This document shows positions 1-7,724 of a stretch of DNA of 11,123 bases, one piece after another. The position numbers and the translations under genes were made by a program. This DNA comes from Oligoflexales bacterium (GTDB taxonomy: Bacteria; Bdellovibrionota_B; Oligoflexia; Oligoflexales; Bog-1112). The first letter of the stretch is position 1. Every line of letters starts with the position of its first letter. The notes under the pieces are model-generated. The model saw nothing but the letters and a program-made list of their open reading frames with translations. It made no database searches and was not told where the DNA came from. The stretch is taken from assembly GCA_045105515.1 (NCBI GenBank), contig JBGCDR010000033.1:1-11123 (forward strand). Direction: 5' to 3'.

Positions 1-33
1 CACTTGTCTTTCCGGTAACATGAAAATAAACAT
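1..33 (-). CDS. possible 5' end of a gene running off the left edge (MFIFMLPERQV...)
   Basis: ATG at 33-31 with a GGGAGGG Shine-Dalgarno at 46-40 (6-nt spacing). The frame is open to the window edge, but only 11 codons are visible. Confidence 0.35.
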   Translation of the reverse strand, partial: MFIFMLPERQV

Positions 34-295
34 ATCAAGCCCTCCCAGAATTACGTTTGGGATCAGCTTATCAATATTTACATAATAATCATATAAAATA
101 ATAATATTAGCTGGTTAAAAAATTAGACAACTCTAATGATAAAGTCCGGGAAAGAGGTTACTTTTCAGAAAGTGTAATCCCTGAATTTTAAGACATGGGT
201 GGGCCTAAATGCTCATCATCTCCTTTGACCTACCATCCATTCTTACCAATCTAACCATTTAGAAAACTTTGATAGAACTGAACTGAGCTGACCGT

Positions 296-1036
296 TTAGA
301 GTTTTAAGCGCTTAAAAATAAATTCTGGGATGAGCTTAATGATCGTCATAATACCCCACCAAAACCAAGGAGTGTATAGGACATCTCTTTTCTTTTCGAT
401 AGCTTTCACAATGTCACTTGCTACTTGCTCTGGCTCTGCAAATAAAGGGCCTTGCTTAAGATGAGCGGTCATAGGAGTCTTTACGAATCCTGGCTTTATA
501 GTGATAACATGCACATTTTTCTTAAACAGACGGTTTCTTAAACCCTGGCAATAAATACTGAGGGCACCTTTTGCTGTGCCGTAAAAGTAGTTTGACTGGC
601 GACCTCGGTCTCCGGCTACAGAAGAAATTATCGCCATGGTGCCTTTTGCTCGCGCTTCCATCTGTTTGGCAAAAAGATTCAGCAAGCTCATATGACTTAA
701 AAAGTTAAGCCTAAAGACACTAAGCGCTTCTTCATTTGAAGCTTCACTAGCCTGTTGATCCCCAAGGATTCCATGAGCAATTAAAAGCACATCTACCTGA
801 CTGTCTTTACCTGCCCAATCAACCAGCTCTTGGTATGAATTTTTTACAGCAAAATCAAAAACCAGCGACCGTGTTGCTACAGCTCCTCTAGCTTTAAAAT
901 CTTCTTCGAGAATTTGCATCTTCTCTTGTGAGCGAGCCACTAAGTCAATTGCCCAAGCTTTTCCGGCATATATCCTGCCGACTTCCTTTGCAATTGCGGA
1001 GGTAGCTCCAATCACAACTAACTTACTGGCTTGCAT
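296..1036 (-). CDS. SDR family oxidoreductase, DprE2-like (decaprenylphospho-2-keto-pentofuranose reductase family)
   Basis: Rossmann motif VIGATSAIA, catalytic Ser in ISSVAGDRGRQSNYFY, YxxxK (YGTAK), IKPGFVKTPMT and the family-typical tail W-W-GIMTIIKLIPEFIFKRL. GGAGG RBS upstream. Confidence 0.9.
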   Translation of the reverse strand: MQASKLVVIGATSAIAKEVGRIYAGKAWAIDLVARSQEKMQILEEDFKARGAVATRSLVFDFAVKNSYQELVDWAGKDSQVDVLLIAHGILGDQQASEASNEEALSVFRLNFLSHMSLLNLFAKQMEARAKGTMAIISSVAGDRGRQSNYFYGTAKGALSIYCQGLRNRLFKKNVHVITIKPGFVKTPMTAHLKQGPLFAEPEQVASDIVKAIEKKRDVLYTPWFWWGIMTIIKLIPEFIFKRLKL

Positions 1037-1088
1037 TTAACTTCCTCCAAAAGTCAGAAGAAAACTATGAGTCTAAAAATTTGGAAAA
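1023..1088 (-). pseudogene. C-terminal remnant of a probable DprE1-like FAD oxidoreductase
   Basis: Hand translation gives FSKFLDS*FSSDFWRKLNASQ* (TAG at 1067-1065, TAA at 1025-1023), overlapping the SDR start. It resembles the 'F..Y.DPKFSSSFWRR' C-terminus I recall for DprE1-like proteins, which usually precede this SDR. Confidence 0.55.
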
Positions 1089-1351
1089 CAAAAGCTCACC
1101 CTTATTAGAATTTATTTAGCCATAAAATCTAGCGGGGGGTTAAGAGAGTTTGTACTCAATTTATTTTTCATCAGTCTATCATAGACACAAGATCATTTAA
1201 AAGGATATGTGTCCTAATAGTGTTACTTCAAGGATTGCATTTCAGATATCTACTCAAACTTTGAACTATTTCTAAAAATCTAAATTTAGACAAGTATTTT
1301 ATCGCAAGCACTTTCAAAGTTATTTGAGGTGTCCGCAGCCAAGGAAAATCC

Positions 1352-1386
1352 CAAAATTTGGATATTTCTCCAGTATCCAAATTTTG
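1352..1386. promoter_or_regulatory. perfect 13-bp inverted repeat, candidate operator
   Basis: CAAAATTTGGATA (1352-1364) / TATCCAAATTTTG (1374-1386) with a 9-nt spacer, in the divergent intergenic region between the SDR and the TIGR02147-like gene. Confidence 0.5.
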
Positions 1387-1594
1387 TTCAACATTTAGGA
1401 AAATATCCCATTTAAAATATTAATAGAGTTTCATAAACACTAAAAATACTGTATATTCAAAGATATAAAGAAAACATTCGAATGAGCAGCTACCCTTGAT
1501 TATAAGGTTATATTCCTTTTTAAATATTAGTAATTTCTGACTAACTGTTCACAAAATAAAGCATTTATTAGTTTTATTTAGCGAAAGGCATTCA

Positions 1595-2458
1595 GTGGAA
1601 ATAAGTATTTTTGACTTCACAAGCCATAGCAGGTATTTAGAAGCTATATACAACGGACGAAAAAAGAAAAATTCAAGCTATAGCCTTCGCAAATTTTCTC
1701 AGGACTTAGGTTTTTCCTCTTCAAGATATGCGACTGTCTTAATAGAAGCGACACATAAATTCAACCATAAAAGTATGGAAAAAATATGTGTTTCACTTAA
1801 ATTAGACAATAGAGAAAAAGAATATTTCTCCCTTCTTGTGAAAATTGCACATTCTAATGATCAGGAGAAAGTAAAACTACTTAAGAGAGCTCAAGAGATT
1901 AATAAAAATCTAAATGGCTTACTCATCGATGATTCTTTAGCGTACTACTTAGAAAATAATGCCTGCCGCCACATCACTTTATTGGTTCAAATCTTCAGAG
2001 AAGATTTCATTCCTGAACCACTATGGATCGCTCGTTTTCTTAAGACAGAGTTTAGTCTTGACGATATTCGAAGAGCATTAGATTATTTAATTAAAAACCA
2101 GTTTATCAAAAAAGAAGATGGGATCTACATAAATTCAGAAAATAACCTTGTTTCAAAAGATGAAATCCCAAGTAAATCGATTAAAAAAGCGCATAAATCT
2201 TATTTAGAAGAAGCTATTCAAGCCTTAGATTTCGGAATAAATGAAAGAGAATATGGAAATATATCAGTACCCATACACAGTGATTTAGTCCCAGAACTCA
2301 AGAATAAAATAAAGAAAACTAGAGATGAATTTAAAGCTTGGGTTAGCCGAAGGAATTCCCAACTTTCAAGTTCATCCGAAAAATCTTTTCTAGCGGTTTC
2401 TGTCAACTTTCAAATGTATCCTATAGTTAAGACCAAAAAAGAAAGCAACAAGAACTAA
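1595..2458 (+). CDS. TIGR02147 / DUF4423 family protein (N-terminal HTH-like region, putative regulator)
   Basis: N-terminus IFDF...YL...Y..RKKKNSSYSLRKFSQDLGFSS, L.L...E.EYF.LLV, and C-terminal H...LEEA..AL....EREY ... VNFQMYPI. Size of 287 aa is typical. GTG start with AAAGG upstream. Confidence 0.85.
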   Translation: MEISIFDFTSHSRYLEAIYNGRKKKNSSYSLRKFSQDLGFSSSRYATVLIEATHKFNHKSMEKICVSLKLDNREKEYFSLLVKIAHSNDQEKVKLLKRAQEINKNLNGLLIDDSLAYYLENNACRHITLLVQIFREDFIPEPLWIARFLKTEFSLDDIRRALDYLIKNQFIKKEDGIYINSENNLVSKDEIPSKSIKKAHKSYLEEAIQALDFGINEREYGNISVPIHSDLVPELKNKIKKTRDEFKAWVSRRNSQLSSSSEKSFLAVSVNFQMYPIVKTKKESNKN

Positions 2459-2710
2459 GAACTAAAAGTCTTCGGTTGAATCGAAATTATCACCTTCCGC
2501 TCTTCATATTAGACCTTTATTGTAACGTAGGCACCAGAAACTACCTTCCAAAAAGCCAGGATATAAATATCTAATATAAAATATATTTTAGCCATTTGTG
2601 AAATTCTGAACAATAGTTCACCAATTTTCAATAAAAAGAATGGATACCTTTTCTCAGTAATCCGACAAGTATTATGTAATTAGCTACTGCTTAGTAGAAA
2701 TATACTAAGA

Positions 2711-2854
2711 CCCCTCTCAAGGAGGGTCGTAAGATACTCGATCCTCCTGTAATTAAATAAAACGCCCCTCTCAGGAGAGTTCCCCCTCCTTTTTTGTACT
2801 TAATAAAATAATCCCCCTCAATGAAAGATCGTAAGATCCTTCTCCCCTCCTTTT
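2711..2854. repeat. three degenerate ~30-42 bp direct repeats with ~50 bp periodicity
   Basis: CCCCTCTCAAGGAGGGTCGTAAGATACTCGATCCTCCT (2711), CCCCTCTCAGGAGAGTTCCCCCTCCTTT (2765) and CCCCCTCAATGAAAGATCGTAAGATCCTTCTCCCCTCCTTT (2813), separated by A/T-rich linkers. Confidence 0.65.
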
Positions 2855-3073
2855 ATATAATCTCTATCTACCAAAAATTTACGATGGGATATCATTAAAA
2901 TATTTATTCTAATTTAGATCAACCTTCTTAAAATAAATAATAAATTTATCCAATATTTTTAAGGTATTATAAATAGTATTATTAAGAAAATATCTTAAAA
3001 AAATCAACGAAAAATAAAACTTATTTTTTTGGGTACAAATACCGATAAGTATATTTGGAAAAAGAAACCAATC

Positions 3074-3124
3074 TAGATCACCTCATAATGTAAGAATCTT
3101 CAATAAATCTTGGAGGGTGATCTA
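3074..3124 (+). promoter_or_regulatory. inverted repeat in the 5' leader of the 465-aa lipoprotein gene
   Basis: TAGATCACC (3074-3082) pairs perfectly with GGTGATCTA (3116-3124) and extends by 2 bp with a bulge. It ends 13 nt before the TTG start. Confidence 0.4.
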
Positions 3125-3137
3125 AGGGGATAAAAAG

Positions 3138-4535
3138 TTGGATAAATTTAGACAGCTAATAAACTTAAAATATTTTGCACTTTTGCTATTTTTAGTCAAT
3201 TGTAATAACTCACCTGAGTTAAATACGTTTTTGGACTCTAATAAGTCCAAATCAAAAGAATCTCAAGTTTTGTATAGTGAAGCTGAATTAGAAACAATGG
3301 GCGCCGGCGAGGGTATTACAGTCGGGAATGGCCGAGACGATACTGAGGAAGAAATAAATAGTAATACAGAGTCATTCTTTTTGGCATGTACTCTTTCTGT
3401 ACGAAACAATTTTCAATGTAAAATGTCAGTAGATTTGGCACCAGAAGATATTCCCAAAGAAAAAATTATGATTTTCGATGATAAAGGAAATCAGATTCCC
3501 TCAGACCTATTTGTATTCAAAGTTGTTGAGATTGATAATGAAAAATTGCTTGAAATTTTCATAAACTCGGAAGCTACAGCTCAAAAAATTTTGGTAAATG
3601 GGGTAGATAAGACTACTAATGAAGCCAATACTGACAAAACAACTGATGAAGTTAATCCCGATGAAGCATCTGAAGAAGATGACTCTAGCAAGCCTGATCT
3701 AATGCTAATGAATTGCAATGAAGTTGGTCCTGGCACTTGGATTTTGGTTCCAGGTGACCCTAATTATGGTACTAATAATTTTTGTGTCATGAAATACGAA
3801 GCTAAGAACATCTCCAATTCACCAGCATCTGAGCCTACTGGAACCCCTTGGGTTTTCATTTCGCAAGAGGATGCGAGAACTGAATGTACTTCTCTTGGTC
3901 AAGGCTACCACCTTGTCACCAATAATGAATGGATGACAATTGCTACCAATATTACAAATATTGCCAATAACTGGAGTGGAGGTTCCGTGGGTTCTGGATC
4001 TCTTTTTCGCGGCCATACAGATAACAATCCAAGCACTGCTCAGGGATCACCATGTGCCGCTAGCGCAAATGACAGCCTTGCTTACCTTGAAAACAATTGT
4101 ACTCCCATAGCTTCTGGTGGAGCTGAAAATGATGAGACCACACAAAGAAGGACTCATGATCTATCAAATGGATCTGTTATTTGGGACCTTTCAGGAAACG
4201 TCTGGGAATGGGTAGACTACTACAATATTGACCAAAAACCGACACCTAACGGTTATTTCTGGAGAGAATTCACCGATATCACAGGAACCTCGGCATTGCC
4301 ATTATCTGACCTGATCCCAACTAATGCAGTTACACCTTTTTGGAATGATACATGGAACAGCACCCAGTCCATCGGCCAAATGTGGGCCGGTCCTAACACT
4401 GAAGGAGGATCCATGCATCGTGGTGGGGATTGGGATGATATGGTTAATGGAGGAGTTTTTGCTAGCAATTTACATGCTGAACCTACTCCTACCTATGATG
4501 CAATAGGTTTCCGCTGTGCATTCTCGGCTCCCTAG
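3138..4535 (+). CDS. lipoprotein with C-terminal FGE-sulfatase (SUMF1)/C-type-lectin-fold domain
   Basis: Signal peptide with lipobox-like FLVN-C22 and an acidic linker. Domain motifs: FCVMKYEAK, PWVFISQEDARTEC, YHLVTNNEW, DLSGNVWEW, RGGDW, IGFRC. Confidence 0.85.
   Translation: MDKFRQLINLKYFALLLFLVNCNNSPELNTFLDSNKSKSKESQVLYSEAELETMGAGEGITVGNGRDDTEEEINSNTESFFLACTLSVRNNFQCKMSVDLAPEDIPKEKIMIFDDKGNQIPSDLFVFKVVEIDNEKLLEIFINSEATAQKILVNGVDKTTNEANTDKTTDEVNPDEASEEDDSSKPDLMLMNCNEVGPGTWILVPGDPNYGTNNFCVMKYEAKNISNSPASEPTGTPWVFISQEDARTECTSLGQGYHLVTNNEWMTIATNITNIANNWSGGSVGSGSLFRGHTDNNPSTAQGSPCAASANDSLAYLENNCTPIASGGAENDETTQRRTHDLSNGSVIWDLSGNVWEWVDYYNIDQKPTPNGYFWREFTDITGTSALPLSDLIPTNAVTPFWNDTWNSTQSIGQMWAGPNTEGGSMHRGGDWDDMVNGGVFASNLHAEPTPTYDAIGFRCAFSAP
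3606..3668 (+). repeat. in-frame 27-nt tandem repeat (DKTTNEANT / DKTTDEVNP / DEA) in the linker
   Basis: gataagactactaatgaagccaatact followed by gacaaaacaactgatgaagttaatccc. Confidence 0.6.
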
Positions 4536-4546
4536 AATGTCCTAAG

Positions 4547-5341
4547 TCACTGTCTGCAATCTTTGAGAATATTTTTGATGTTCCTTTCAATTTCCCAGCG
4601 TTTAAATTGCTCAGAGGTTTCAAGCAAATTATCTATTTCCTGATTTAATTTATCAAAATTTTTATAAAACAGTTCGTTTGAACACTTAGACCAAATAGGA
4701 GTTCCAAATGTACCAAAGAAATTCCTTGTTAGATCTCTTCCAATTGAAGAAAAATTAAATTCAGGATTAAGTTTTTTTAGATGCTCCACCAAAGCTTCGG
4801 CAAGTACTCCATAACGTTCGCCAAAATCGAGGTACAATGCCATCTCGGATTCTTTACTAAAAAAATCTATACCGATACAATCGATCATAGACACAAGATT
4901 TTTGTGACGGTTACACATACTTTTATAGACGCCCAGCTTTCCGATTCGCTCGATCAATGAGAACTCACGTTTATCCCAAGCATCGTCTAGAGCCTTCACT
5001 AACAAATCCTTCTTCTTTCTTTTATAGGCAAATGAAGTCTCTGCTCCGTTTCTAAGCTGATCTTGCGAAAAGAATTCTTTACCGGCTTTCAAGCTTCTTA
5101 TCCAACTTTCAATAGTGCTTATATCCTCACGTTCAGATAGCACATTTTTGAAAAATACCTCTCCCCAATCAGTCAGCTCAATCTGGCTAGACAATGCCTT
5201 TGTTTCGATACTCTTATTCTTATATTCTTGTGAAAGACTAGCTGCAAAATCGATTGCTTGTTGACAATCAACTAAAGATCTTTCTAGAGAATCCATTAAG
5301 TGAAGAGTCGCCTCCTTAAAAGGATCCATTGAATTATTCAA
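4547..5341 (-). CDS. hypothetical protein, probably the C-terminal part of a longer frameshifted gene
   Basis: 264-aa ORF with no recognised motif. The frame stays open upstream to 5464 and overlaps the 131-aa ORF. Confidence 0.6.
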   Translation of the reverse strand: MNNSMDPFKEATLHLMDSLERSLVDCQQAIDFAASLSQEYKNKSIETKALSSQIELTDWGEVFFKNVLSEREDISTIESWIRSLKAGKEFFSQDQLRNGAETSFAYKRKKKDLLVKALDDAWDKREFSLIERIGKLGVYKSMCNRHKNLVSMIDCIGIDFFSKESEMALYLDFGERYGVLAEALVEHLKKLNPEFNFSSIGRDLTRNFFGTFGTPIWSKCSNELFYKNFDKLNQEIDNLLETSEQFKRWEIERNIKNILKDCRQ

Positions 5342-5397
5342 GGAAAATGTAATATTTTCTGTATCAATACTTGCAATTTCATTTCTATCCAGTGCTT

Positions 5398-5793
5398 TTA
5401 TAATGATTTTTGTAAGCTTCCCTTTGTATTCTGATAACCTTGGGTACCTCCTTCGAAAGAAGAGTTAGATGATTGGAAGCATAAACTCTCTGCCGTAAAA
5501 TTAAGGTTGGAGCGAGACCTTATATTGAAATTCAGGAAAAATAACAAACCTTTATCCTGATTCCTTTCCAAATGCCAAGCACCATTGTCTGCCTTTTCGT
5601 ATCTATCGAACCCAATATATACAGTTAATTTTCCATTCTGCGCATCTACCTTAAATAGATCAGAAATGTCTCTATTCACCACTAATAATTCGGTCCAATA
5701 TGAATTGAAGAATAGGGATTCAAACGGAGTGCTAAGCTTGTATGCACCTTCAATGACAGCTCTACTATTCATTGTAAAGAACTTGGTGGTCAC
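5398..5793 (-). CDS. hypothetical ORF, probably the middle fragment of a frameshifted gene spanning ~5852-4547
   Basis: 131-aa ORF with a GTG start and no clear RBS. It is flanked on both sides by overlapping or abutting open frames. Confidence 0.45.
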   Translation of the reverse strand: MTTKFFTMNSRAVIEGAYKLSTPFESLFFNSYWTELLVVNRDISDLFKVDAQNGKLTVYIGFDRYEKADNGAWHLERNQDKGLLFFLNFNIRSRSNLNFTAESLCFQSSNSSFEGGTQGYQNTKGSLQKSL

Positions 5794-5948
5794 TAATTAT
5801 AGAATAATATATCTCTCAATGGGTATGCTAAAGAAAATTTGAATTCTTCCATAAATGTCTTCTTGGATGAAACCCTAGTTAGCAGATTTTCTTAAGACTC
5901 GGTCCTGGCACGATTATTGAAGGATTTGTTAGACAATAGGAGACACAA

Positions 5949-7217
5949 ATGGCACAAAGCTACGGTTCAACAACATTTAAATTCTTGATTCTATTGAATA
6001 TATTATTGCTTTCTTATGCGTGTCGTTCTAAAGCTCCAGCGTCTAAAAAGCAAACAAATAATCAAGAAATTACTGACCCGAAAACCAATTCTTTAGAATT
6101 GACAGGGCTTCAGGAGCCTAGTGGTTGGCTTGAATCGGAAGATATTGAGAGGTATAGTAACTACCTTGAGTACAATAATCATAAATCACAGGGTAAATCA
6201 GGGTTTAAAGCTTATACCCAATCAGCATATGGCCACCCATTTGGTCAGCAACACCTAACAGAAGAGCTCAGACTAGAAATTCAGCGACATTGGATAGAGG
6301 GCTCAGCAAATTCATCTTATTTTATAGATAATGGCCTTGAAAGCAGCAGAATTCATTATTTTCCCGTAAACTTGAGTGTCACTTCCGAAGGTGGGGGTGT
6401 TCATTGGACAGGGATCATAGTCGATACTCAATCCAGGAAAGTGGAATATTATGATAGTTTTGGAAGTAATCCCCCTGTTGAAATAAAGCAACGAATGGAT
6501 GTTATTCAATCAGAGTTTTCAAAACTGACCGGAGAAAACTACAAAACAGAAGTTGTCAAAGTAAGGCATCAACGAGATGGATTTAACTGCGGAGTCTATG
6601 CATTGGAGTACGCAGAATTAAGGGCGAAAGGCCTATCTAGCAATGAGATTCAGAGAGCACATATTGATATTAGTTCAGTCAGAACAAACAAAAGCAATGC
6701 GATTTATAAGCATGATGGGAAGCACAAATCTTTTGGAGGTTTTATTGGAAGAAACACAGCTTCAGCTTCAACCCGTTTGAAACATCAGCACGTCAAAAAC
6801 GCTATCTTGCTTGGTGACTATGACTTTGCAAAGGAGCTAAAAACTAAAGCGCTAAACAGTTTTCTTAATCCAGGCGAAAAGCTCATAGATTATGAAAAAA
6901 TGTCTAATTATATCAAAAAGGAAGTATCTTCTGATTTTAAAGTTGGGGTCCTCATAGACAAGGAAGAGTTTGTAGAACTCACTAGAAAATACTACCTTGG
7001 AACTGGTGCCGATAAAGCTCTTTCATTTGAGCGTGGTGTAAGGCCATATTCTAAAGCTAACTTTCGCGTAGATTATCCTAACCCAAATGTACTAAAGAGA
7101 CCTTTGTTCACAACCTTCGATCGTGTTTTAGGAATTGGTTCATTAGGTATCATTACAGCTTTGACGGTAAATGCTATTTATCATTCTAAAAAGGAAAAAA
7201 AAGATAGCTCTGAGTAA
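5949..7217 (+). CDS. lipoprotein with Ulp1/peptidase C48 (CE clan) domain and C-terminal hydrophobic helix
   Basis: AGGAG RBS and lipobox LSYA-C25. Motifs WLESEDI, FPVN, HW (H152), YYDS (D169) and Q208-x5-C214 (QRDGFNCGVY). C-terminal VLGIGSLGIITALTVNAIY followed by a Lys-rich tail. Confidence 0.88.
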   Translation: MAQSYGSTTFKFLILLNILLLSYACRSKAPASKKQTNNQEITDPKTNSLELTGLQEPSGWLESEDIERYSNYLEYNNHKSQGKSGFKAYTQSAYGHPFGQQHLTEELRLEIQRHWIEGSANSSYFIDNGLESSRIHYFPVNLSVTSEGGGVHWTGIIVDTQSRKVEYYDSFGSNPPVEIKQRMDVIQSEFSKLTGENYKTEVVKVRHQRDGFNCGVYALEYAELRAKGLSSNEIQRAHIDISSVRTNKSNAIYKHDGKHKSFGGFIGRNTASASTRLKHQHVKNAILLGDYDFAKELKTKALNSFLNPGEKLIDYEKMSNYIKKEVSSDFKVGVLIDKEEFVELTRKYYLGTGADKALSFERGVRPYSKANFRVDYPNPNVLKRPLFTTFDRVLGIGSLGIITALTVNAIYHSKKEKKDSSE

Positions 7218-7283
7218 CAGCTAAGAGCAATTCTGATGTAAAACATAAGTTTCAATTTAAATTCTCAAATTCATCAAAGCACT

Positions 7284-7724
7284 TTAAAGAGATTGGTTAT
7301 CTTCGTCATCGAAGTATTTTTCCCAAAGATGCATTCTGCCTATATTTGTTTTTTTCAAGCGTGTAACCGGATGTAGGTGTCCGTTTTCATCTTCTTTCCA
7401 TAAAAAGCGTCCTCCAGATAACGGGCCCTGGTAATCTTCAAGAGGATCTGGTATCTTCGGTTCTAACTTTCTGTTTCTATCACTTTTACCATAAAAATTG
7501 GCTCCATTTCCTAGACGACGACCAAATGCATCATCTACAAAATTATCTACTTCACAGAAAAAATTTTTGAATCCTTCCAACATGTCATTTGTGTTGTCAA
7601 ACTGGTCATTCAATAAAGGCACATTTTCTGATAATACATTAACATCTTCAATTTCTTGTTCAAAAATTTGAGAATGATGATGACGTGATAATAAATTTTG
7701 AGATGGGATAAAGCTGTTTGATAA
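7284..7724 (-). CDS. hypothetical protein, apparently 5'-truncated at the ssb fragment (ORF track start 7622)
   Basis: The 112-aa ORF frame continues open upstream of the GTG at 7622 (LSNSFIPSQNLLSRHHHSQIFEQEIEDVNVLSEN) into ssb-derived sequence at ~7725. Core: FVDDAFGRRLGNGANFYGK...EDYQGP...PVTR. Confidence 0.55.
   Translation of the reverse strand, partial: LSNSFIPSQNLLSRHHHSQIFEQEIEDVNVLSENVPLLNDQFDNTNDMLEGFKNFFCEVDNFVDDAFGRRLGNGANFYGKSDRNRKLEPKIPDPLEDYQGPLSGGRFLWKEDENGHLHPVTRLKKTNIGRMHLWEKYFDDEDNQSL

Noticed and set aside
145..245. Riboswitch or ncRNA downstream of the SDR (imperfect hairpins at ~157-181 and ~195-240)
   Set aside because: Stems are imperfect and I could not match any riboswitch consensus. 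At most they are terminator-like.
2711..2854. CRISPR array
   Set aside because: Repeats are unequal and divergent, linkers are only ~15-20 nt and A/T-rich, and there are no cas genes.
3041..3048. Sigma-28 promoter (ACCGATAA resembles the GCCGATAA -10 box)
   Set aside because: No TAAA -35 element at the expected ~15-nt spacing.
4405..4535. Complete diversity-generating retroelement
   Set aside because: No reverse transcriptase, no adenine-variant template repeat and no post-VR hairpin were seen in the window.
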